A program made the position numbers and the translations under genes. Of a stretch of DNA of 64,000 nucleotides, positions 42,972 through 52,917 are shown one piece after another. The DNA is from Gammaproteobacteria bacterium (GTDB taxonomy: Bacteria; Pseudomonadota; Gammaproteobacteria; Ga0077536), in assembly GCA_963662545.2 (NCBI GenBank), contig CAXXLL010000002.1, positions 544,001 through 608,000 of the forward strand. Reading direction: 5' to 3'. The notes below the pieces were generated by a model that did not search any database, was not told the DNA's origin, and saw nothing but the letters and a program-made list of their open reading frames with translations. Within the stretch, counting starts at the first letter, position 1; the number at the start of each line of letters is the position of its first letter.

Positions 42972-44599
42972 CCAATTCGTGACCGTCGGATTGGACACAT
43001 CGAGCTTTCTGGCAATCGCGCTGTTAGACAGCCGGTGGGTGGCGAATTCCTATTCATGCGGCGATGGGAGTCTGAAAGGTGCTAACAAGTTAAGTTGGAT
43101 TTAAAGAATAATCGCCGCATGATCCGATCAAAATCAATGTACGAGCGGTATCGATTGCCTGCCCCTCCTAAATATTTGTCCGGGTTGATTTAGCAGGGAG
43201 TGTTAAAGTTCCGATTCCCTGATAATTCCCTGTTAACTTCCGACTCGTTTTGTCGTAGGGTGCCGTAACGCGCTATTAACGCAGGATATTTATAAAGCAC
43301 AGCTGGATTTTCTGGCGGAAATCGAAAGATATTCCCTGTATTTTCCCTGTAAACAGGGGAGAGCAGTTCGCACCAGACTCCCCCCACCGCCATAATATTC
43401 AGTAACCTTCTGTCTTTACTGAACAAATGTCCGTGCGGCCAAACTCTACCCACGTCTCTACCCACAACTCGATCGCTCAAACGCGCTGAACAGACCACGC
43501 AGAACCGGCTTCGATCGTGGGTAGGGGCGGTGACCTCGGCACGGAAGGCCCAGTATCAGGAACGCCTCGATCGAGGCCTCCACGTTGTTCGCGCGTAGCG
43601 ACCTGTCACCTGAGGAGGAACTCGTTCAGATTACGATTCCGAGCCCCACCGGAATGGTAATACCCGGCTCGACACGAATTGCCTCGTGTATCGCGATACG
43701 ATGTGTCGGACTAGCTCGATGATCTGCCCGGGCGCCGCTGGATACGACCTCACGGACAATTCGAATGGCGATTATCGATGACCAAGGATTCGGCTGACGG
43801 GCTACACTTATAGTTAGACGGACGCCAACAAAACTCACACAATGGCCCAAGCATAGCCGCGTGGTTTTACGACCCCTTGGAGGCCATCCAGATGATAAGC
43901 ATCATCGTTTTCTCTTCGTCATCTTCTGCTCCTTTTCTCATCAGAACTCTAATACAGTAGATTTCAACTTAGCAGTACCGATCAGCTGTCCAATCAATCG
44001 GGTCCACCTCTTTATACGTCGAGTTGGAGTTAATGTGACAAAAACGCTGTCGCTGCGCCGCTGCATCAGCCTTTTCAACTCAAGGTGAGACATTGGCCGC
44101 AAAATATGCGAGTCTGTTACGGTTCGTCGGCCGTCTTATCTGCTGGGTAGGCTTTCACGACTTTCGCGTCTTCGACGTGACGTTCGGCTTCGGTGAAGTC
44201 GGCAGCGTTGAGCGGATCGAGTGCCGGCGCTGCGGATTGATGAGGACTCGCCAGGTATGACCCGGTCCAAACCGGGACGGTCCCCCGCAAGCGCGTCCGT
44301 TTTGTCTTAAGTCTTTTCCGTCTAGCGTGCCCGAGTCGGAAGTGTGCGGATGACACGGGGTCGCCGCCGTTTACGATCAGCGCTTGTCCGTCGATCCCTC
44401 CCGCGCACGGTACGATCCGGCCTCGCACGAGGTCGCCGTCGAGTTCCACAAACAGGTCGGTGCGGTGGAACGCGATTTTATCGCGCCGGTAGCGCCGCGC
44501 TGTAGCCGGATGTTAAGTCACTGACGCGCAACAGAAGAACATCGAAAACTCGGCGGCCCAAAGAAAGCCGAGTTCACCGTAGGAAGGAGGAACCAACAA

Positions 44600-45736
44600 A
44601 TGAAAAATATCAGAGTCGCAATCGCCGGAATCGGCAACTGCGCGAGCTCGTTGATTCAAGGGCTCGTGTACTACCGGACCCGTAAAGAGCAGGATTATGC
44701 CGGCCTCATGCACTCACGCATCGGCCAATGGCGCGTCGGCGACATCGACATTGTCGCGGCCTTCGACGTCGACCACCGCAAGGTGGGCAGATCGCTGGAG
44801 GAGGCGGTCTTCGCCAGGCCCAACTGCACTACGGTGTTCCAGCGCTCGCTGCCGGTCTCCGGCGTGAACGTTCAGATGGGACCCATTCTCGACGGCGTGG
44901 CTCCGCATATGGCGGATTATCCCGACGACGACGCCTTCCGGCCGGCGGAGCGCGAGCCAGTGGACGTGGTACAGGCGCTGGTTGACGCCGACGCCGAGAT
45001 CCTGGTGTGTTACCTGCCGGTAGGCTCGGAACAGGCAGTGCGCCATTATGCCGAGGCGTGCCTGACAGCGGGCGTGGCCATGGTTAACTGCGTGCCGGTG
45101 TTCATTGCCTCCGATCCGAAGTGGGCGCGGCGGTTTTACGATGCCGGCCTGCCGCTCATCGGCGACGACATCAAGAGCCAGGTCGGCGCCACCATCGTGC
45201 ACCGCTTGCTGACCCGCCTGTTTGGCGATCGTGGCGTGCAGCTCGACCGCACCTATCAGCTCAACACTGGCGGCAACACCGACTTTCTCAACATGATCGA
45301 GCGCAAGCGGCTGAAATCGAAGAAGCACTCCAAGACCGAATCGGTGCAGTCACAGTTAGATGAGCGGCTGGCTTCGGGCGACATCCACATCGGCCCCTCC
45401 GACTACGTGCCGTGGCAGGACGACAACAAGGTGGCCTTCATCCGCATGGAGGGGCGGGGTTTCGGGGATATACCGCTGGAGCTGGAGCTGCGGCTGTCGG
45501 TGCAGGATTCGCCCAACAGCGCGGGCGTGGTCATCGACGCAGTGCGCTGCGCAAAGCTCGGACTGGAGCGTGGACTGACGGGTCCGTTGGAGGAACCATC
45601 TGCGTATTACATGAAGAGCCCGCCGATACAGATGCGCGACTCGATCGCGTACACGCGGACGGAGGCCTTCATCCTCGGCAAGAGTGCCGAGGAGGGTGAG
45701 GATGAGCGCCTCGAGCAAGCCGTCGCGAGGGATTGA
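44600..45736 (+). CDS. ino1: myo-inositol-1-phosphate synthase
   Basis: GIGNCASSLIQG, YLPVGS, GDDIKSQVGATI.HR, QLNTGGNTDFLNM, DSPNSAG; strong RBS AGGAGG. Confidence 0.96.
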   Translation: MKNIRVAIAGIGNCASSLIQGLVYYRTRKEQDYAGLMHSRIGQWRVGDIDIVAAFDVDHRKVGRSLEEAVFARPNCTTVFQRSLPVSGVNVQMGPILDGVAPHMADYPDDDAFRPAEREPVDVVQALVDADAEILVCYLPVGSEQAVRHYAEACLTAGVAMVNCVPVFIASDPKWARRFYDAGLPLIGDDIKSQVGATIVHRLLTRLFGDRGVQLDRTYQLNTGGNTDFLNMIERKRLKSKKHSKTESVQSQLDERLASGDIHIGPSDYVPWQDDNKVAFIRMEGRGFGDIPLELELRLSVQDSPNSAGVVIDAVRCAKLGLERGLTGPLEEPSAYYMKSPPIQMRDSIAYTRTEAFILGKSAEEGEDERLEQAVARD

Positions 45737-46610
45737 TCCCACCGCCGGTACCCCTTACGAGCAGCCGTCCACCACCGCTGATACGGCGCGCGTTCGAGTG
45801 GATCATCGCTCGGAGCACCTGTGGTTTGATCGACTCGCGGGCCTGCACCGCGCGGTGCGCGCGGCGGTGCTCGGATGTGGCCACGAGCGCACCGGGCTGA
45901 GCAACGCAAAGGGAGACGCGGTCAGGCGCTTCGATCTCGCCGCCAACGATGCGGCATTGTCATTTCTTGAGACGCTGGACGTGCCGCTGCTAGTTACATC
46001 CGAAGAGACCGAGCCGCGCCGGCTCGGCGTCGGCAGTCCTCGTCACCGGCTGGTGCTGGACCCGGTGGACGGCTCGGACAATTGGGCGCAGGACTTGCCG
46101 CTGTCGGCCGTGAGCTGCGCGGTGCTAGCGATGGATGCGCCCTTGCATCCGGACTTCGTCGAATGGGCGATGGTGGGCCCGCTGGACCGCGAAACGCCGC
46201 TGCTCGCAGGCCGGGGGGTCGGCGCCTGGTGCGACCAAACGCGACTCCAGACCTCTGCCGTGGATCGCATCCCCGATGCGGTGATCTCGGTGGAACTCAA
46301 TCATTTCGCTCCGCCTCCGGCCCTGTCGGGCACGATGGCGAAGGCGCGTGCAGTACGCAGCTACGGCTGCGCATCCGGCGCATTGGCCCTCATCGCCAGC
46401 GGGGCCAGCGACGCACACATCGACCTTCGAAGGAGGCTAACCGCGGAGAGCTACCTCGCCGCAGCGCGCCTGGTGCTCGAGGCGGGGGGCACGGTTTGCG
46501 CGCCCGACGGCGGGCCGTTGGCGAGCGCACGTGGCTTGACCGACCGCGTCGAATTAATGGCGGCTGCAAGTGAGGGCTTGTGCCAAGAGATCGCCGGATA
46601 CCTGTATTGA
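45684..46610 (+). CDS. inositol monophosphatase / FBPase family protein
   Basis: SEE, LDPVDGSDN, RSYGCA; true start uncertain. Confidence 0.88.
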   Translation: MPRRVRMSASSKPSRGIDPTAGTPYEQPSTTADTARVRVDHRSEHLWFDRLAGLHRAVRAAVLGCGHERTGLSNAKGDAVRRFDLAANDAALSFLETLDVPLLVTSEETEPRRLGVGSPRHRLVLDPVDGSDNWAQDLPLSAVSCAVLAMDAPLHPDFVEWAMVGPLDRETPLLAGRGVGAWCDQTRLQTSAVDRIPDAVISVELNHFAPPPALSGTMAKARAVRSYGCASGALALIASGASDAHIDLRRRLTAESYLAAARLVLEAGGTVCAPDGGPLASARGLTDRVELMAAASEGLCQEIAGYLY

Positions 46611-47983
46611 TGTCGCCACTTGAGCGTGCACCGCCGGCCCCGGAGGTCGCGGTGGTGCTTGCGGCCGGGCTGGGCGAGCGGCTTCGTGCGAGCACCGGCG
46701 AACCTAAGCCCTTGACTCGGGTGCTTGGCTTGTCGCTTGCCGAGCGGGTCATGTGCACCTTGCACGAGGCGGTCGATATCCGGCGCTTCGTCGTCACGGT
46801 TGGCCACGAGGCCGAGACCGTGCGCAGGCATTTCACTGACATCGCCCGGCACCGTGGCCTGGCGGTCGAGTTTGCCGAGGCGGAGGACTGGCAGCGGGGC
46901 AACGGTGCCAGCGCCCTCGCCGCCAGGGAGCGAACGGGTAAGCGGCCCTTCTTCCTGGTCATGAGCGACCATCTCTTCACGCCGGCGATCGCGCAGGCGC
47001 TGGTTAGCAACCCCCCAGCGCCCGGCGAAATGTGCCTCGCCGTGGACGGCGACAAGACCGTCGCCTTCGACCTCGATGACCTCACCCGGGTGCGCAGCGA
47101 CAATGGACGCATCACCGAGATCGAGAAGAATCTCGCGCCTTGGGATGCGGGCGACACCGGGGTGATGCTCTGCACTGCAGGCCTCTTCGAAGGGCTAGAG
47201 CGGGCGGCAGAGCAAGGCAAGCACGGGCTCTCCGACGGTGTTCGCGAGCTCGCGCGCGAGCGGCGTGCGCGGGTCGTCGACGTGAGCGGACGACCCTGGC
47301 TCGATGTGGACACGCCCGCGGCGCTACGCGAGGCCGAGCGCCGGTTGATGCGGGATGCAGGGGGCAAGCGCACCGATGGTCCGGTAGCGCGCTACCTCAA
47401 CCGGCCTCTCTCGCGGTGGCTGAGCCGCTATCTGGTGCGCACGCCCGTGACGCCGGTCCAGATCTCCGTGCTCTCATGCGTTCTGTCCTGTATCGCTGCG
47501 GTGCTCTTCGCGGTCGGCGGCTACCCGGCGCTCGCGGCCGGTGGAGCGATCGCGCAGTTCGCGTCGATCGTCGATGGCTGCGATGGAGAGGTGGCGCGGC
47601 TGAAACTGTGTCAGAGTGAATTCGGCGGCTGGTTGGACGCAATCTTCGATCGTTACGCCGACGCCTTTCTACTGTTCGGCCTGGCCTGGCACGAGTTCGC
47701 TGCCACCGGCACACACCTGTCTATAGTGATCGGCTTTGCGGCGATTCTGGGCTCGTACATGAACAGCTACACGGCGGACAAGTACGACGGGCTAATGGCG
47801 AGCAAGCTCGGCGGAGCGTCGTACATTCGACTGGGTCGCGATGTGCGGGTGTTCGTCATCTTTCTCGGTGCGCTCGCCAATCAGCCGCTGCTCACTCTCA
47901 TCGTGATCGCGCTGGTCATGAATGCCGAGGTGGGTCGCCGAATTTTCGCGTGTGCTCGCCAGTGGGCCGCGCCGGCAAACTGA
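46610..47983 (+). CDS. bifunctional CTP:inositol-1-phosphate cytidylyltransferase / CDP-alcohol phosphotransferase (IPCT/DIPPS-like)
   Basis: LAAGLGERL..PKPL, GNG.S, MSDH, D.G, W.DVDTP, then DG.VARYLNRPLS and DGCDGEVAR...GGWLDAIFDRYAD. Confidence 0.92.
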   Translation: MSPLERAPPAPEVAVVLAAGLGERLRASTGEPKPLTRVLGLSLAERVMCTLHEAVDIRRFVVTVGHEAETVRRHFTDIARHRGLAVEFAEAEDWQRGNGASALAARERTGKRPFFLVMSDHLFTPAIAQALVSNPPAPGEMCLAVDGDKTVAFDLDDLTRVRSDNGRITEIEKNLAPWDAGDTGVMLCTAGLFEGLERAAEQGKHGLSDGVRELARERRARVVDVSGRPWLDVDTPAALREAERRLMRDAGGKRTDGPVARYLNRPLSRWLSRYLVRTPVTPVQISVLSCVLSCIAAVLFAVGGYPALAAGGAIAQFASIVDGCDGEVARLKLCQSEFGGWLDAIFDRYADAFLLFGLAWHEFAATGTHLSIVIGFAAILGSYMNSYTADKYDGLMASKLGGASYIRLGRDVRVFVIFLGALANQPLLTLIVIALVMNAEVGRRIFACARQWAAPAN

Positions 47984-48108
47984 TAAAAAGTGCCCAAGCG
48001 CGAATGAACTTTCCAACAATTGGATTCAGCCGATTCTGTAAACCTGGCAGCCTTTAGAAAGGCTACCCGATACGGTAGATTTTTAGAAATCTAACGAAGC
48101 AAGAGGAC

Positions 48109-48273
48109 CTAGTATGCCGTCCCGTAAATATGTTTCACAATTCGCTGGTTCTCTTTGCCCCTGACTGCGTTGCTCGTCCTTGTGTAGAGCCCGCTACACG
48201 GCGTCCTCGCGCCTTGCCAGGAACAAAAATTCCTGCGCGACTTATGAAACATATTTACGGGACGGCACACTAG
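48109..48273. mobile_element. 165-bp MITE with CTAG termini
   Basis: ~29-bp IRs CTAGT(A/G)TGCCGTCCCGTAAATATGTTTCA; no ORF. Confidence 0.85.
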
Positions 48274-48720
48274 CGAACCCTTGATTAAGCAGCGATTACC
48301 AGCTTGAATGGGCGAGAGTTTGCGTCGTCCCGACAATTACGATGCATTTCTGCAGTCTTATTGTTTACTTTCGGTTCCATGCAGCACGACATGATGCGTT
48401 GCAGACGGATAACCCGCCTGTAGCTGTCATAGCCGTCCCGACACGATTTAGGGATTGGCCAATGCGCTTGTAACAAATAGCCGATTCAGGTTCTTACCCA
48501 AGGCGCGCGACCACACCTTGCGAATAGGCAAAAGCTGAATTCTAAAACCTCGCGCTACAGTTCACTTAAAGACTTCAAAGGGTGATTGCCAGTTTGGTAC
48601 TTTCCATGGTCGTCCGTTGAGCAGGTCTTGACGGCGTCCCCACGAGCGCGCCGGTCCGGTGACACCTGTGCTCGCAGACTGCTAATGTTCCGTTCGGTAA
48701 TTAGACCAGGAGGCTGACCC

Positions 48721-50895
48721 GTGACCAAGGCTACGGATAAGAAGAACCCTTCCAGGCATCCGCACAAGTGGCGTTTCTTTCGCTCCGGCGGATTCGATCA
48801 GGTCCGCCTAGAGAGTGGCGCCGATTTGCTCGCGCTGAATGAGCTCGATCCGAAGCTGTGGGCGGCGCTTAGCTGTCCGACTCACCGCCTGCACATGGAT
48901 GACGGAACACTGGAGTTGATGGACACGGATCGGGACGGGCGGATACGGGTGCCCGAAATCCTGGCGGCCGTACAGTGGGCTGGCTCGGTCCTCAAGAACC
49001 CGGACGATCTCACCGCTAGCGCCAGTTCACTGCCATTGTCGGCCATCGATGACAGCACCTCGGAGGGAGAGCAGCTGCTCGCTTGCGCCAAACGGATTCT
49101 CCTGAACCTTGGGAAACAAGATTCGCCGGTTATCACCACGGTGGACACGGCGGATACCGAAAAGATTTTTTCCGAGACCCGATTCAATGGTGACGGCATC
49201 GTTCCTCCAGGTTCCGCCGATGACCAGGAAACCCGGGCGATCATAGAGAATGTCATAACCTGTCTCGGCTCCGTGCAGGACCGCAATGGTGCGCCCGGTA
49301 TATCCCAGGAAATGCTCGACAAATTCTTCATCGAGGCCAGGGTCTACTCCGAGTGGTGGAGCGAGGCGGAACGCGAGCCGGACAACTTCCTGCCGTTCGG
49401 CGACGGCACTGGGGAGGCGGCGGCCGCCTTCGAGGCAGTCGAAGCCAAGCTGGATGATTATTTTACGCGTTGCCGTCTCGCCGAATTCGATCCACGCGCG
49501 GCTGGGCCGTTGAATCCCACACAGGAACAGTATTACGCGCTGGCGCCGAAGGAACTCTCGGCGGCGGCGGAGGAGATTGCCTCTTTCCCGCTGGCGCGCG
49601 TCGCGCCGAACAAGGCCTTGTCCCTGGAGGACGGCGTCAATCCCGCTTGGGCCGAATTGATCGGCAAGTTTCGCACGCGGGTCGTGACGCTCCTGTTCGG
49701 CAATACAGCCAGTATCGATGCCGGCCAGTGGGCAAGCCTGAGCGCCGGATTTGCTGCGCATAAGACCTGGATCAACGGCAAAGAAGGGGCTGCGGTCGAG
49801 TGCCTCGGGATCGAGAGGGTTCGCCAGCTCCTGGAGGGTGATGGTGAAGCGAAAGTCTCGGCGCTGATCGCCAAAGACAAGGCTCTCGAGTCGGAGGTGA
49901 ACGCCATCGCCTCGGTGGACAAGCTGATCCGCTATCATCGGGATCTGTTCACTCTGCTGAACAGCTTCGTATCGTTTCGCGACTTCTACACCCCTGGGGT
50001 CAAGGCCATCTTCCAGGCCGGCACGTTGTATCTCGACGGTCGCAGCTGCCAGCTCTGCCTCCGGGTGGACGATGTGGACAAGCACGCCAGTCTCGCCACT
50101 TTGAGCCGCGCCTATCTGGCCTATTGCGAATGCGTACGCAATGGGGACGCCGAGGAGACGATCAAAATCGTGGCCGCATTCACCGACGGCGATGCGGACA
50201 ATCTGATGGTCGGCCGCAACGGATTGTTCTATGACCGAGACGGCCGAGACTGGCATGCCACCATCATCAAGATTCTCGAGCACCCGATCAGCATTCAAGA
50301 GGCCTTCTGGGCACCGTACAAGCGAATCGGGCGAATCGTGAGTGAGCAGTTGGAGAAATGGGCGGCCGCCCGGGAAAAAGAAATCCAGGCCAAAACTGTC
50401 GAAGGGATTGCCATCGGCGAGAAGGGCGAGTCTTTGGCGGCGCCACCGTTCGATGTGGCCAAGTTCGCGGGCATCTTCGCTGCTATCGGTCTCGCCATCG
50501 GCGCCATCGGCACGGCCATCGCCGCGCTGGTAACAGGGTTTCTCACGTTGAGCTGGTGGCAGATGCCCGTGGCGCTGCTCGCCGTGGTGCTCGCGATCTC
50601 CGGCCCTTCGATGATCATCGCCTATCTCAAGCTGGGCAGGCGCAACCTGGCACCAATCCTCGACGCCAACGGCTGGGCGGTCAACACGCGCGCCCGCATC
50701 AATACGGCATTCGGCGCTTCGCTCACCGGCGTCATCGAATTGCCGGCAGGATGGGAGCGGGGGCTGCAGGATCCATATGCCAGGAGAAAAAAGGCATGGA
50801 TACGTTATGGTCTGATTCTGGCGTTACTGGTCGCGGCTGTGGCGCTCTGGCGCGGTGGTGTGCTCGCCCAGTGGTGGGAGCAGATCCGGCCCTGA
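48721..50895 (+). CDS. large conserved hypothetical membrane protein with EF-hand-like loop
   Basis: DTDRDGRIRVPE loop; C-terminal TM helices (FAGIFAAIGLAIGAIG); coding-like codon pattern. Confidence 0.8.
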   Translation: MTKATDKKNPSRHPHKWRFFRSGGFDQVRLESGADLLALNELDPKLWAALSCPTHRLHMDDGTLELMDTDRDGRIRVPEILAAVQWAGSVLKNPDDLTASASSLPLSAIDDSTSEGEQLLACAKRILLNLGKQDSPVITTVDTADTEKIFSETRFNGDGIVPPGSADDQETRAIIENVITCLGSVQDRNGAPGISQEMLDKFFIEARVYSEWWSEAEREPDNFLPFGDGTGEAAAAFEAVEAKLDDYFTRCRLAEFDPRAAGPLNPTQEQYYALAPKELSAAAEEIASFPLARVAPNKALSLEDGVNPAWAELIGKFRTRVVTLLFGNTASIDAGQWASLSAGFAAHKTWINGKEGAAVECLGIERVRQLLEGDGEAKVSALIAKDKALESEVNAIASVDKLIRYHRDLFTLLNSFVSFRDFYTPGVKAIFQAGTLYLDGRSCQLCLRVDDVDKHASLATLSRAYLAYCECVRNGDAEETIKIVAAFTDGDADNLMVGRNGLFYDRDGRDWHATIIKILEHPISIQEAFWAPYKRIGRIVSEQLEKWAAAREKEIQAKTVEGIAIGEKGESLAAPPFDVAKFAGIFAAIGLAIGAIGTAIAALVTGFLTLSWWQMPVALLAVVLAISGPSMIIAYLKLGRRNLAPILDANGWAVNTRARINTAFGASLTGVIELPAGWERGLQDPYARRKKAWIRYGLILALLVAAVALWRGGVLAQWWEQIRP

Positions 50896-51027
50896 GAGAT
50901 GCTCGGCCGGCACACGTAGAATCCACCCTGATCCGCGCGCTACGCGACGATGCGCTTCCCACACGCTTGGGATCGGCGCGGTTGAAGCTCGAAATCGACA
51001 AGCATCTCTGGGGCGACGCCGATCACC

Positions 51028-51428
51028 TGTCGGTGGCGAATTAACAGTCACGCCGCCGCGGGCAGCTGATATAGGCCACCACAATGGTTTTCCCATCGAT
51101 AATCGTCCAGCCGAGCGATCCGATGTTTCTTAGTCGAGGCCGGAACATCCGGTGTGAAGCCGTCCCGGGCACGGTGAACGCGCGAACAATTGTAGTATTC
51201 GTGAAAATCATGGAGCTTCTGCCGCAGATCATGGGCATTCCAGAAAGGCACGAAATCGAGAAACTCCCGACGGATGGTGCCGATCAAACGTTCGACAAAG
51301 GGATGAGATAAGGGGACGTATGGGACGGTCTTTACTTCCGCTATTTCAAGGACCCGAAAGTTCGCCTTCCAGTGATGGAATTCAAACAACGGATCGTTGT
51401 CACTGCTGAGATAGTGGGGTAGAGATCC
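51028..51428 (-). mobile_element. 3' fragment of rve-type IS
   Basis: YLSSDNDPLFEFH...GGLYQLPAAA, homologous to 41796-42887; TGTCGGTGGCGAATT end. Confidence 0.85.
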
Positions 51429-52625
51429 TGTCTGTGGCGAATTCGTAATTTTCACCTGAAAACGATAACTGAGACAGTCTTGTTCCAGACGGCAACCTTT
51501 CCTAACCTCCCTGGCCATGAAGGACCTGTTAGTACTCGTCGCACATTTATTTACTACCATCGCCAAACTCCTGGGACCCGGTGGTGCGAAGGCCGTCGTC
51601 GCCGACAGCCTCCTCATGAAGCAGCAACTCCTGGTCATCAATCGTTCTCGGCGACGCGCACCCAATCTCTCGGTATTTGATCGATTCTTGGTCGGCTTCT
51701 GGCCATTGTTTCTCAGTCCACGCCGTATTCAGCGGGCTGCCGTGATTATCAGACCATCGACACTTCTGAAATTTCACGACATCCTCAAGAAGCGAAAGTA
51801 TCGACTCCTGTTTTCATCGGGCAGAAAAGGAAAGCCAGGTCCCAAGGGCCCATCACCGGAACTCATCCAAGCTATCGTTGAACTGAAACAACGTAACCCG
51901 CGCTTTGGCTGCCGCCGGATCGCCCAGCAGATCGCCAACACGTTCGGGATCGATATCGACAAGGACCTTGTAAGGCGTGTCCTCGCCAAATACTACCGCC
52001 CAATGCCCAACGACGGTGGGCCATCCTGGTTGACCTTCCTCGGAAACACCAAGGACAGCCTCTGGAGCATTGATCTGTTTCGGTGTGAATCTATTCTGCT
52101 GAACAGCCACTGGGTGCTCGTGGTGATGGACCAGTTCACCCGTCGCATCATCGGCTTCGGTGTGCAAGCCGGCGATGTCGATGGGTTCGCCCTGTGCCGC
52201 ATGTTCAATACAACCATTTCTACCCAGGGTGTTCCGCACTATCTCAGTTCTGACAATGACCCGCTATTCCTGTATCACCGATGGCAAGCCAATTTACAAA
52301 TTCTTGGGGTCGACGAGATTAAGACCGTCCCGTATACGCCGCAATCGCATCCCTTCGTTGAGCGACTGATCGGGACGATCCGTCGCGAATACCTTGACCA
52401 CATCTTCTTCTGGAACACTCAGGATCTTGAGCGAAAACTCGTCGACTTCAGGCAGTACTACAACCGCGAGCGGGTTCATCATTCGCTAGGCGGAGATACA
52501 CCGGGAATGGCTAGCGGTGATCCCCAGCCTCGACGCGCAAATCTCCGTAACTATTCATGGATATCACACTGCAATGGACTTTTTCAGACTCCCATCGCCG
52601 CATGAATAGGAATTCGCCACCCACA
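51429..52625 (+). mobile_element. rve (integrase-core) IS; transposase 51517-52605
   Basis: Termini TGTCTGTGGCGAATT / AATTCGCCACCCACA; paralog of 41796-42887. Confidence 0.88.
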
Positions 52626-52917
52626 CCTCACGCCTTCGTTCGACGACTCCATGAGAATGCAATCCCCTTTTCTTGATGCGCCGGCAAGTGTCTGGTGTTA
52701 GATTCTTGCCTGGCAATACCAACAGAAAGCGGAGGCGGCAACGTACGCGCGTTGTGCGAACAGCGACTCATCCTGCAAGCTGAGTCACGAGATTGGCCGC
52801 AGCACGCCGGCACCAGGATATCAAGCAAACACTGCCGCATCCACGCAATAGATAGCTGTTGCTACAGTAGGCGGTGGAAGATATTGCTAAATTAAGATCG
52901 CTGGACGAAATATTAGA

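Noticed and set aside
43500-44500. Short ORFs upstream of ino1
   Set aside because: No recognisable family and frequent stops; treated as degraded sequence.
51048-51665. 205-aa minus-strand ORF as a full gene
   Set aside because: Chimera of the antisense of one IS and the tail of another transposase.
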